A model generated the notes under the pieces. The model was given only the letters and a program-made list of their open reading frames with translations. It was not told the DNA's origin and ran no database searches. A stretch of DNA of 63,294 bases, the filler included, from Sphacelaria rigidula (Eukaryota): assembly GCA_964200075.2 (NCBI GenBank). It is 7 parts of 7 records of this genome, joined end to end, with 100 filler letters (N's around TTAATTAATTAA, not from the genome) between each part and the next. Parts side by side here need not be neighbours in the genome. Positions count along the whole stretch, not along the records: positions 18,115 to 27,070 come from CAXNAA020009659.1; positions 27,171 to 36,126 come from CAXNAA020009660.1; positions 36,227 to 45,182 come from CAXNAA020009661.1; 4 more parts are not named here. One strand, given 5' to 3'. Of this stretch, positions 25,780-36,687 are shown in pieces. Both the position numbers and the translations under genes were made by a program. The stretch's first letter is position 1. Each line of letters begins with the position of its first letter.

Positions 25780-26450
25780 TCTCGTCCCCAACCAAAGCCG
25801 AGTCATCATTGAAGTGTAGGAGCGAAGTCGCGTTTGATGTAGTAAAGGGCAAAAGTCACCTTCCGAATGTAGTCTTCCATCCTGAGAGCCAGGGTGCCTT
25901 TCTCCCCAATCACGCCGGACGCTAGCAATTCTTGCCACAGACACATTGTTTCCATCCAGCCTCTTGTCACTATCCACGGCTCCATCTTTGAAGGCTTCAC
26001 GATCAAGCCCGATGCCTGCACCTGATGTGCGCGTTGTGTTTTTCAAAACCCCAAAGCATATCATGACACACGTGCACAAGTTGGCGAAAGCACGGAGGCG
26101 ACATAAAACGAAAAACCATCCAGCCTGTGATCCGAAACGGCCGTTGTGCACTAGTCGTGCCCTCAGTGATCGTCCCATGATGGCAAGCCGGGCCGGTTAA
26201 AGGCATGCACATGCCAGATGGTTGCACGATGAGGATGTGGCGTCGGACAAAAGGGGTGGAACCATCGATCTAGGGGTCACTCCTGCTTCGCTGTATGTTT
26301 TGCTTTGGCGGTCAGAATCCCTGCCCCATCGCCGGAAAGTTGGGCTTGCCAGCGTCAAACAACGGGTGAACAGGTCTCCATGGGCAGTGAGAGTGGAGCC
26401 TAACAACAAGGAAGACGGCGGCGATAGAAGATGATGACGAGAAATCTACT
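25780..26450 (-). mobile_element. Highly degenerate Gypsy RT/RNase H remnant
   Basis: Fragments LRAFANLC, TSGAGIG and ELLASGV in RT-connection/RNase H order, across frames. Confidence 0.45.
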
Positions 26451-27675
26451 ATAGCCTGTGCCGCAATCGTTCGGTAACGCGACATCCACAGATGGAATCA
26501 CAACGCGCTACACACAGTCACAGTCACATGTAGCAGAATGGACGTGCGCTCCAGCGAAAATCTTCCTCGTTCGGAGAAAATCAAATGTTACGCCAATCTG
26601 GCACGAGTCAGTTGTTGTTAGTACGCTGTCCAGGGCACATATTACACAGCATTTTCTACACCACTCTGGTGTTTAGCTTTGTACTGATTCCCCGACTCCA
26701 GAACCTCGAGAGGTCGTTCACTGAGGGGTGTGACGCTAGCAGGTTTGCTAGTACTGCAGCGTCTAAATGCTGTTGAGGGACTCCCCAGCTCTTCTGGCCT
26801 CAAGGTCTCAGTTGTCAGCCTTCACGACACCTTATCATTATTCCAGGATCCATTATATGCTCAACCGTGACGGCGTGATTTCGCCACAGCACCCCCAAAG
26901 CGCGTTGGACGAGAAATCGATTAACAAGCTTGACGCTCAGAAAACTAACGCCAAAACGATTGAGTAAGTCACAACTGAATCCCAAACTCACGCGTAATGT
27001 GTGTGTGTGTGTGTCGTCATCCCATTTATTCTGGGCACCAGTCTACACCTTTCGGTATATGTGGGCGCATNNNNNNNNNNNNNNNNNNNNNNNNNNNNNN
27101 NNNNNNNNNNNNNNTTAATTAATTAANNNNNNNNNNNNNNNNNNNNNNNNNNNNNNNNNNNNNNNNNNNNGGGCCAGGGATAGGGTACACCAACTTTGCA
27201 GTGACATCACTGCCGGCAATAGCCCCCCCCCCACTGGTCGTTCTGATGTGGTCGATAAATTTCGCCTCGCCCTGATTGGACAGGTCGCTCCCAGACTTGT
27301 TTATTATTAATTCACTTACATGTCGTGAACGTGGTGTTATAATAGTGAGCTTCAGGTCCAAAAGGGTTGAGCTAACTTGTTTTATGTTTCATGAATATAG
27401 GGCACAGGACGTAGCACAGTACACTGGACCTGTTATGTCAGTGTTTTTGTACAAGCATTGTAACTCGTAACAGCGCCGTACCGTCATAAACAACTGCCTA
27501 CCGCAAACCAAATAAAATAAAATAACCAACCAACCGCTACTAGAATTATGACTGTGGCATCTTTTCGGCGTTCAGTTGTACTGCCGTGCACACACACACA
27601 CACACACCTGCTGCTAATGATGTCCTCTGAAGGATCACTGCGCTGTGCTGCGCTGGAGTATACGCTCAAAGCCGT

Positions 27676-28626
27676 TCACAACTTGTACATGTTGTCGTGA
27701 TTTCTCTTCATGTGGTTGGACATGACGCCCGTTCCCTTATTGGACACGCATCTCGTGAGGCACCAGTGTCCCTTCGACGTTAAGACTCGGCAGATGACTT
27801 TCTTGCTGTTAGACAAGGCAGGCGGAAACTCGGTCACGTACTTCCAGAGCGGTGACACAATACCCTGACGACTTCGTGTGGCGACCTTCACTTTGTTCCG
27901 CTCCTTTTGCACAATGATCAATGATCTTGTCGGCCACGGGGTAGGCGAGTTGTCGGTACTGCTGTTTGCCGTTGCAGTAGATGGTGCAGCTGCAGGCAAC
28001 GGCCGAGATTTTCTGGAGTCTGCGGCACCCCCTTATTGAAGACCCGCCGATACCTCCCCTGGATCCATCTCATGTACTTACTGCACGTGAACGTGACGTG
28101 AACGGTTACGTCACACCAGGTTTCAACTATTGGCATGAATGTGGTATATATATTTTTTGATGATATGCTGCAACGATATCTGGCGATGTGTGCTATTGTG
28201 CGGAGCGCGCGAACTTGCTGAAATAGTATGTCCTATACCATGGTCATGAAAACTCACTCGTGTTCATCGCAGCACAATCTTCTAGTATTTCAAAATTGAT
28301 TCCACACTTGCAGTGTGCACCGCTTCATGTGACGTGTTTATGACATTTCATGTAGCGTGTAACGTCTAATACACGCGTCTAATAGACGTTACACGTTTTA
28401 TGAAAGATTTATATCACGTCTTTTGAACTTTTGGGTAATCAAGCGTTCAGGTTACGTTCCGTTTGGCACGTAAAAAATGTCACGTTACGTTAACGTTCTA
28501 TATGAAGTTTCAAGGGTTACGTTACGTTACGTTTATCAGGCAAGAAAAACTTGACGTTCACGTTACGTAATACGTAACGTGAAGGTAACGTGTAATGCTG
28601 TGCCACGTGTAACATGTACAGCTCTG
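27676..28626 (-). mobile_element. hAT-type DNA transposon 5' end with a BED zinc finger remnant
   Basis: SPLWKYV...VICRV...C...TGVMSNHMKRNH (BED finger); terminus CAGAGCTGTACATG at 28626 with dense subterminal GTAAC/ACGT repeats at 28330-28620. Confidence 0.7.
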
Positions 28627-31600
28627 GAAATTATCAACTGAGCCACCGGAGCGACCGGCTCATCGAGATGCGGAGGGACTTCCGGCTTCTGCTCGCACAG
28701 CATTCGTGGTCGGCAGGACGCTATTACCGAAGATGAAATGCACGGTTTACCCTTCACGATATATTTACGGGCACAACAAAGGTAGCTGAAGCTGACAGTT
28801 GCGGCACACTCTACATTGAGCATCCCAGGTGTCGTATTCTGGACGCCTTCCCTACCTGGGAACGAGTCCGTGGTCTCAACGGATCAATCCGCCTCTCCCC
28901 GCTACACGCTCCGTCTCGAAAGGGATGCGTGGTCGATGGTCAGACGATTGAGGAAAGCAACAAAGGAGTGCGCCCCCCTCCCCCCCCGTGTCCAGCCTGG
29001 TCCGACGAAAGCCCGGCGTGCTATGTCCCGACTTCGTAGGGGCGGACCCCCGATGGGGTTGGCGTCGGTTGACGATGACGCTGTAAAACACAGCACTCAT
29101 TGCGTAAGCTAGGGAGCTAGATGACCGATTTTGTTTTGCGCGCTTGCGTTTGTTTGCTGTGATTATGATGGTAGTCGAGCTAGATCATGTTGTGTGGCGT
29201 GGGAGAACCCCGACTCCGCACAACGGAGATGATCGTACTACGTACTGTAATAATCGTGAGTCACCCATGAGGCAGTGTATAAGCCGTGGCTGTCTCTGGA
29301 AGGGGCGATACCAGAAACTGAAGCAACCCATTGTAGGCTGTCATCCAAATGCAAGATATTCTCTAGGCTTCGGGCGGAATAATCTCAGCAGGATGCAGCT
29401 CACCCTTCACGCGACTCGCCGAACACACCACGGCGCTTAGCGCTTGGTGATTGAGTGCGAGCCGGGTCCCGCAAAAACCCGGCGTGCTCCGTCCCGGCTT
29501 CGTGGGGATGAAACGTCAATGATCTTTATAACTATGGCATGTATGATCATGAGTATAACCCCCGGTACACTCCTTGCATTTTGAGTGTCGCGAATTGGTG
29601 AAGCACCCCCGCATTGCGTAAACTCTCGTCAAACAAACGCATGCCAACTGTTTTTTGTTCACACACGTACTCACTCCTTCGACGGTGCAAGTCAGATGCT
29701 TCGAACATGATAACCAACGGATCTGGCAAGAATGGAACTCACATACTCTCCATCATAGCGGTAACAGTCATACCGTTACACCACCGAGGCGAGGCGAGGG
29801 AGGAAATGTGTTCCTCACTATGAGCATCCGCCACTTTTGTGACGTGTTTCGTGCATTACGTCATCCTCTAAACTCAGGGCATCCCCCCCCCCCCCCCTCC
29901 ATCCGTACTGCGGCGTTCGCACGCCCTTGTATGCAAAGGGCACCGCGCCATACAGACAGAGAGTTGCAGAACATGGTTATGTCATTATTATACTGTCTAC
30001 ATAGACTATGCAGTAAATCCCCGAATCGGAACACATACGAATGCGTTAACTTTTACATGTACGATACATGGAACATCGGTTCACTTTAGAACGCATCTGC
30101 CGAGCGTACGCGGCACACGTGTCTACTTTGAAACATACGGGTGGGACACGCGGTGAGTTTCTATCTGTTTGTTTGTAACCGGTGCGAGCGACCTCCGCGA
30201 ACGATTTATCTATAATGAAAAATATGTGGCCGATATGGGTAGAACACCTGTCTTACCAGAAGGGTTGGGCCCAGCACACGTGGAACAACTGTTGAACCCA
30301 GAGACGGCTCCTTCAAACATATACAGGTATTTTCTTCTTTCGGCACAACTCTTTGGAACTTTTTCAGATTTCCGCGAGTTGAGAGTGACTTCGTCAGACG
30401 TATTGTCAGACTATCGATCAGTTCATATTGTCGTTTTTCGAACGATATGAGATATCTGGGTGTTTATGTACATGTATGTATGCTTGATATAGATAAGAAG
30501 ATCTGAAAACATGCCATTATCAGCACACGCTAGATGAGCCCGTTTTCTCTGTCAAACCGTTCACAGAGCTCCCACAATGTTTCTCTCTTGTTGTACAACT
30601 AACCGCGGGCATCAGGCGGTACTTCTCGAATATAAATAAGTACACACGTGCGATAGAAAACTGAAGATATTTGAGCACTGCTTCTCTATAGAGATCGACG
30701 TATGCGCGTGCTCTCAATGAGATTCGGCAGATATCGATATGCTTCTCTTCAAATACACTGACCGCCTCCTGTACGAGGAAAACAAATCACTGGCTTCCAA
30801 CCGCTGGATGAATCGCCTTCCAGCACACGGGATACCCATTCTCCATTTATGGCGATCGAGGGGAACACAATCAGGACATATATGGACATCCTCAGATTCA
30901 TACCAGTTGAGGACGTTCTCTGACGTTTGCAGGTATTCTGTGAGTTTGAAGCAACTTTTTCAATGCTGTGTGGTTTTCTGCGAGTCTCGGGCATTATTCC
31001 CAAAGGTTGGCGGATAGTTTGTTCCAGGGAAACGTGACGTGCTTCATATTAGATATCTGGAGCAGGGGGGTATTTTTTTCTGTCGAAAGTGTTGATTGTT
31101 CACGCGGCAAGAACAAGCATGTTCGTTTCTCGCGCTTGCTTTGTAAAATAAACGGAGCGCACGGGTCAACAGTAAACGCGACCAATGTAATGCCGCCCAC
31201 CCGACCATCAATACTGCGATGAATCAAGGTGATTAGTACACGGCCTTCGGTCTCGCACTTGCCGAACAGGCAGCATGCGTTGCTCTTTGTGACCACTGTA
31301 CCGCGTGGTAATGCATGGGTGTGCTCAACAGTGCAGTCACTTTGTTTATTTCCGGTCGTGAACACTAGACGCAACTTTGATGCAGATTTTATGGGCAAGT
31401 GTCTTACATTTCTCATGGTTGAACTGTGATGTTTTCCATCTACTCACATCGCACATGCTATCACGTCGCACATTACTTGGGTTGGGGGACTTTGGTTCGG
31501 TGTTGCATGCACCCTCTTCAAAGCGACAGTTGACATTACTTCCATGTCATGCCGGCGAGCACTTCGTGGTGTGTTCATATACTTTCACTCATGGGTGACT

Positions 31601-33152
31601 GTGAAAAGGATGTGCTCTGTGCAGGTGAGTTTGATCATTCATATATCCCATCGAGGATAACAATACTTTCTCTGATGATAGCCGAAATGATCCTGTCCCG
31701 TTGTTCGATAGGCTTGCTCTGTATTACTTCTTACAATGGGAATGCCACCATAGTGCAGTCAAAACTGCTTGTTCTGCTTGTTGTATTTCTGACTCACTAG
31801 ACAATCGAGAGTAGCTCTACCTTACCAGTACAGTTAAGGGGCCAACCATAGTGCGGTGATCCGGGCCTTCGATCCACCGTACTCTGCTGAGACCCCCAAC
31901 AGAACGTATAGTGTGTGCCCAGGATAGTTTTGAGTATACGCTGAGATATCTGAAATATGTGCATCGTACGTAATTGTGTTGATGTATCGATAGTCCTGCA
32001 GCAGACGAAGATCTACACCGTTGCCTGTCGTGAGTTCATCTCTCATTAGCGAGTGGACCCCCTTCTTCTTTATACGGTGTTTTGTTGAAGTAACCCTCAC
32101 GGGCTTGCAGTTATGCAAGAACAGCCGTACAGGGTCGCCCTCACATCTTGTGTAGCTCATTTAGCTGGACAACCGTACTCAGGGTCGCTAAGCCCTATCC
32201 GGGTGGTGTGCAGGGCGCTATCTACACACTTGTAAGCCGGGTAAGCACAGGACTTGCTGCCTTGCACCACACGGTACCGTCTCCTTTGAATTTACGGCGA
32301 GCGCAGTTTCCATGCGTCGACACCACATAGTACCCCATCAAGCACCACTCATGTGGCGTCGTATGTACAGGCTCACCACTGTAGCTTTTGAACACCAGCG
32401 ACAGCCACGGCAGAACACAGCACAACGGCTCATTGGTACCATTAAAATGATGGCAATCCGGTGCCTTTGCGTATAGAACCTCTCGTGGAGCCTGTCTTAC
32501 ATGCGGTCAGAAGTCATGTTGATCCAGTACAAGCACCAGAAACAAATCAAGTTGCGGGGAGTGAATGCTCCCTTTCCATGACGGCGCGTAGCTTACAAGC
32601 TGTTTTAAACATCTCGCCTCCGATGCACGGATCGTGTTGCGATAGTGCATCTTGGAGTTGCCATCTTCACCTGAAGTGCTGTGTAAGCTAGGATACATTG
32701 CCGACGATGTTTTGGACACTGCTGCTATTTTGTGCAACGAGGAATACCCAGCAGGAAAATAGTGATAAGAACATGGCCTGGACCATGTATCCGCAGTTGC
32801 CTTCGCATGCCGGTGTGCATCTGCTGAACCTTGTCCAGCCGGTACGATGCATGAACCGTGTCCCCCTAGTGCGTCTCGGCGTTCTCGTGGTATATGGTGC
32901 CATTTAGATGCTTCTTTCGCCTTGATCCCTACTTCAAAAGTGTGCAGGATTTCCCGCTCGCTAGAACTATCGTGCAAGTGGTGCTGCAGTTGTTACGGTC
33001 AGCTTAAATGTAGCGTCGCTTGACTTGAATGCAGGCAGCCTCTTTGTTCTCAGAGTATGTACCCCCAACAAAAGTGCCGATCCTTCTGCAAAGCGTGCCA
33101 ACTCGCTTGAACGCATGGCTCACAGCAGACTTCCCGCCGCCTTCGTGCCACC

Positions 33153-33636
33153 GTGAACAGTGAGTTTTGGAAGAACCACCACGCGAAAGACCTGACGGTC
33201 GACGACGCAGAAGAAAGTTGCATTACCACGGGCTGCTCCGAGCCGTCACATCACGGTGCACAGGGTTACACGGCGGAGTTCTGCTCCAAACATGCGACGA
33301 CGAGAGTGGTGAATGTGAAGAACAAGTGCGTTGACGAGGGCTGCTCCTTCAGACCGTTTCAAAGAGTAGCTGGAGGCAAGAAGGTGGAGTTCTGCTCTGA
33401 GCACGCCAGGGCGGGGATGGTAAACGTTGTGAACAAGAAGTGCGGAAAAAAGGGTTGCTCAGAGCATCTGTCTTTTGGTGTAATGGAAAGCAAGAATACT
33501 GTGTGAGCAATTTTGGGCGGGAATGGTTAGTGTGGTGAACAAGAGGTGCCAAGACGAAGGCTGCTCCAAGTAGCCGTCTCAAGGAGTAGCTTGAAGCAAG
33601 AAGGCGGAGTTCTGCTTTGAGCGTACCAGGGCGGAA
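33153..33636 (+). pseudogene. Four further, disabled EsV-1-7 repeats 5' of the long ORF
   Basis: Repeat Cys codons at 33219, 33327, 33441, 33547; 8-nt deletion near 33497 (106-nt spacing) and in-frame TAG 33571-33573 and TGA 33592-33594. Confidence 0.8.
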
Positions 33637-36030
33637 ATGGCGAATGTTGTGCACAATAAGTGCGGCTACGAGGGCTGCTCTAAGCACCTGTCTTTTGGTG
33701 TAGTGGGAAGCAAGAAAGCAGAGTTCTGCTGTGAGCATGCCGGGGCCAGGATGGTGGACGTGAGAAGTAAGAAGTGTGGTTACGAGGGCTGCTCCACGAA
33801 ACCGTCTTTCGGTGCGGTGGGAAGCAAGAAGGCGGAGTTCTGCTCCAAGCATGCCATGGCGGGGATGGTAAATGTGTCGAAAAAGAGGTGCGGCTACGAG
33901 CGCTGCTCCACTCAGGCGTCTTATGGTTTGGTGGGCAGCAAGAAGGCGGAGTTCTGCTTCGAGCATGCTAAGACAGGAATGGTGAATGTTGGGAGCGAGA
34001 AGTGCGGCTTCGAGGGCTGCTCCCTTCAGGCGTCTTTTGGTGTAATGGGAAGCAAGATAGCGAAGGTTTGCTCCAAGCATGCCATGGCGGGGATGGTGAA
34101 TGTCCGAAACAGTATGTGTAGCTACGAGGGCTGCTCGAAACTTCCGTCTTTCGGTGTAGCGGGGAGCAAGAAAGCGGAGTTCTGCTCCAAGCATGCCATG
34201 GCGGGAATGGTAAATGTCCGAGCTGGTAAGTGCAGCTACAGGGGCTGCTCGACTCAGGCGTCTTTTGGTGTAGTGGGAAGCAAGAAGGCCGAGTTCTGCC
34301 TCAAGCATGCCATGGCGGGGATGGCGAATGTTGTGCACAGGAAGTGCGGCTACGAGGACTGCTTCACGAGGCCCTATTTCGGTGTAGTGGGAAGCAAGAA
34401 AGCGGAGTTCTGCTCCAAGCATGCCATGGCGGGGATGGTGAATGTCCGAGTTGGTATCTGCGGCTATGAGGATTGCTCCTTTCGGGCGTCTTTTGGTGTA
34501 GTGGGAAGCAAGAAGGCGGAGTTCTGCTCCAAGCATGCCATGGCGGGGATGGTGAATGTCCGAGTTGGTATGTGCGGCTATGAGGGCTGCTTCATTCAGG
34601 CGATATTCGGTGTAATGGGAGGCAAGAAGGCAGAGTTCTGCTCCAAACATGCCATGACGGGGATGGTGAATGTTTTGAACAAGAAGTGCGGCTACGAGGA
34701 CTGCTTCACGAGGCCCTATTTCGGTGTAGTGGGAAGCAAGAAAGCGGAGTTCTGCTCCAAGCATGCCATGGCGGGCATGGTTAATGTGGTGAGCAAGAAG
34801 TGTGGCCACGATGGCTGCTCGACTCAGGCGTCGTTTGGTGTAGCGGGAAGCAAGAAGGCGAAGTTCTGCTCCAAGCATGCCATGGCGGGGATGGTAAATG
34901 TCCGAGCTAGTATGTGCGGCCACGACGGCTGCTCAAAGCTTCCGTCTTTCGGAGTAGCGGGAAGCAAGAAGGTGGAGTTCTGCTCCAAGCATGCCATGGC
35001 GGGGATGGTGGACGTGAAAAACAAGAAGTGCGGCCGCGAGGGCTGCTCTATTCAGGCGTCTTTTGGTGTAGCTGGAAGCAAGGAGGCGAAGGTCTGCTTC
35101 GAGCATGCCAGGGCGGGAATGATGAATGTTGTGAGCAAGATGTGCGGCTTTGAGGGCTGCTCCACTCAAGCGTTATATGGTTCAGTGGGAAGCAACAAGG
35201 CGGACTTCTGCTCCGAGCATGCCAGGGAGGAAATAGTGGATGTGGTGAACAAGAACTACAGCAACGAGGAATGCTTCAAGAGTCGGTCGTATGCTGTTGC
35301 GGGCAGCGCAAAGGCGAAGTTCTGCTCTGAGCATGCCAGAGCGGGGATGGTGAATATGGGGAGCAAAAGGTGCAGTAAAGTGGGGTCCTCCAAGAAGCAC
35401 AACCTTGATGAGGCGACGTTTTGCCGAGCACACGCTAGCACACGCAACACAGCTGCGGTGTCTGATACCGCGAAGCTCAACACTGGGGAGAGCGCCCCCG
35501 ACCGTGGCCCGACGGAGGCCAGTGGAGAAAGTGTTGCTGATGTACGAGGGACGAAACGCATGCGCGCGGCATTCTCGGGTCCTGTTGCAAACGACTTTGT
35601 TGGTGCTCCCCGCAATGCCGATGCCGGTCCCAGGCATGGTGTAAGAATAGCGTCGCTCTCGGGATGCCCACTTTCAAGGACTGGTGGAAAGATGACTTTT
35701 GGGACAACAGCAGCAGCAGGGATGAAGGTGGAGGTGGCAGTCCCTTCTCCTACTCACAGTGGCGATGGGATGAGGGAGTGTCGTAAGTTGGTTGGCTCTT
35801 TGAGCAGTTGGACAAGCGCGCGTGGTTGTAGTGGCTTTGTCAGCAGTGATGGTGAAAGTACGGGGCGGATCTGTAGTTCGCCGGCGGTGGTAACTGGACG
35901 TCTGGGTGAACTTGATGATGTGGCTTTTGAAGAGGCAAAGAAGGATTCGAGCGTAAAGTTGGAGCCAGGAGTGTCCAGTGCGAAGATGGCACCAATTCTT
36001 ATACCGGCGCCGTTTCTTAGATTAACCTAG
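33637..36030 (+). CDS. EsV-1-7-type cysteine-rich repeat protein, 797 aa: 14 intact 38-aa repeats, 2 degenerate terminal repeats and a low-complexity C-terminus
   Basis: Exact 114-nt period (first Cys codons at 33661, 33775 ... 35143; degenerate units at 35257 and 35371); consensus KKCGYEGCSxxxSFGVVGSKKAEFCSKHAMAGMVNV resembles the EsV-1-7 motif of brown algae and phaeoviruses. Confidence 0.88.
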   Translation: MANVVHNKCGYEGCSKHLSFGVVGSKKAEFCCEHAGARMVDVRSKKCGYEGCSTKPSFGAVGSKKAEFCSKHAMAGMVNVSKKRCGYERCSTQASYGLVGSKKAEFCFEHAKTGMVNVGSEKCGFEGCSLQASFGVMGSKIAKVCSKHAMAGMVNVRNSMCSYEGCSKLPSFGVAGSKKAEFCSKHAMAGMVNVRAGKCSYRGCSTQASFGVVGSKKAEFCLKHAMAGMANVVHRKCGYEDCFTRPYFGVVGSKKAEFCSKHAMAGMVNVRVGICGYEDCSFRASFGVVGSKKAEFCSKHAMAGMVNVRVGMCGYEGCFIQAIFGVMGGKKAEFCSKHAMTGMVNVLNKKCGYEDCFTRPYFGVVGSKKAEFCSKHAMAGMVNVVSKKCGHDGCSTQASFGVAGSKKAKFCSKHAMAGMVNVRASMCGHDGCSKLPSFGVAGSKKVEFCSKHAMAGMVDVKNKKCGREGCSIQASFGVAGSKEAKVCFEHARAGMMNVVSKMCGFEGCSTQALYGSVGSNKADFCSEHAREEIVDVVNKNYSNEECFKSRSYAVAGSAKAKFCSEHARAGMVNMGSKRCSKVGSSKKHNLDEATFCRAHASTRNTAAVSDTAKLNTGESAPDRGPTEASGESVADVRGTKRMRAAFSGPVANDFVGAPRNADAGPRHGVRIASLSGCPLSRTGGKMTFGTTAAAGMKVEVAVPSPTHSGDGMRECRKLVGSLSSWTSARGCSGFVSSDGESTGRICSSPAVVTGRLGELDDVAFEEAKKDSSVKLEPGVSSAKMAPILIPAPFLRLT

Positions 36031-36226
36031 AAGGGTGTTGGTGTGTGCTCGCGCTTTTTGTCAGCGGTCGAGTCATCCCACGATAGGGGGGATGAGTGTA
36101 CTCATTTTTTGCTTGCCTTTTTTTTTNNNNNNNNNNNNNNNNNNNNNNNNNNNNNNNNNNNNNNNNNNNNTTAATTAATTAANNNNNNNNNNNNNNNNNN
36201 NNNNNNNNNNNNNNNNNNNNNNNNNN

Positions 36227-36407
36227 AAAGGGGTTCAGCAGTCCCTTTCCCTCGTCGACCGTTAAGTCGAATTTTGTGTACCCACGACATAGTCGCTTTC
36301 CACTGTTGGGCATGATGTAAGAAAATCCCAGATCGCTCCGAGATTTGAACCCAGGGCCCAACCGTCAGGAGGTTTCGAGATTACCAACTGAGCCACCGGG
36401 GCGACCG
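36227..36407 (-). mobile_element. tRNA-derived SINE head (fragment also at 28630-28660)
   Basis: Minus strand reads GCCCCGGTGGCTCAGTTGGT (A box) ... GGGTTCAAATCTC (B box); no complete cloverleaf/CCA; continues into a non-tRNA body. Confidence 0.75.
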
Positions 36408-36687
36408 ACAACTTCATATTACCGACGAACGAAAAAAAATGCTCACGGTCCCTCCTACTGTATCATTTCTGTGACCCCCTGCCTATACAGTTCAGCCGTG
36501 ATTGCTTTTAAGCAGTCGTGTGTCGGGTTCAATTTCTTCAGACTCGTCGTTAAACTCTTCAAGGTACTCGTAGCGCTGAAGTTCAACTACTATGCTTGAG
36601 TTTAATGTCGACATATTAATCCTTTGACTTTCCAGCTGTGCCCACCAGTTGAATCGGCGTCAGATTCACTTGAGAATAAGTGCCACA

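Noticed and set aside
33349-34923. 524-aa antisense ORF (and other overlapping ORFs) with HHPRHGMLGAELR repeats
   Set aside because: Shadow of the 114-nt EsV-1-7 repeat, whose reverse frame happens to lack stops
36335-36407. tRNA gene
   Set aside because: A and B boxes are present but there is no proper acceptor stem or anticodon arm; better explained as a SINE head
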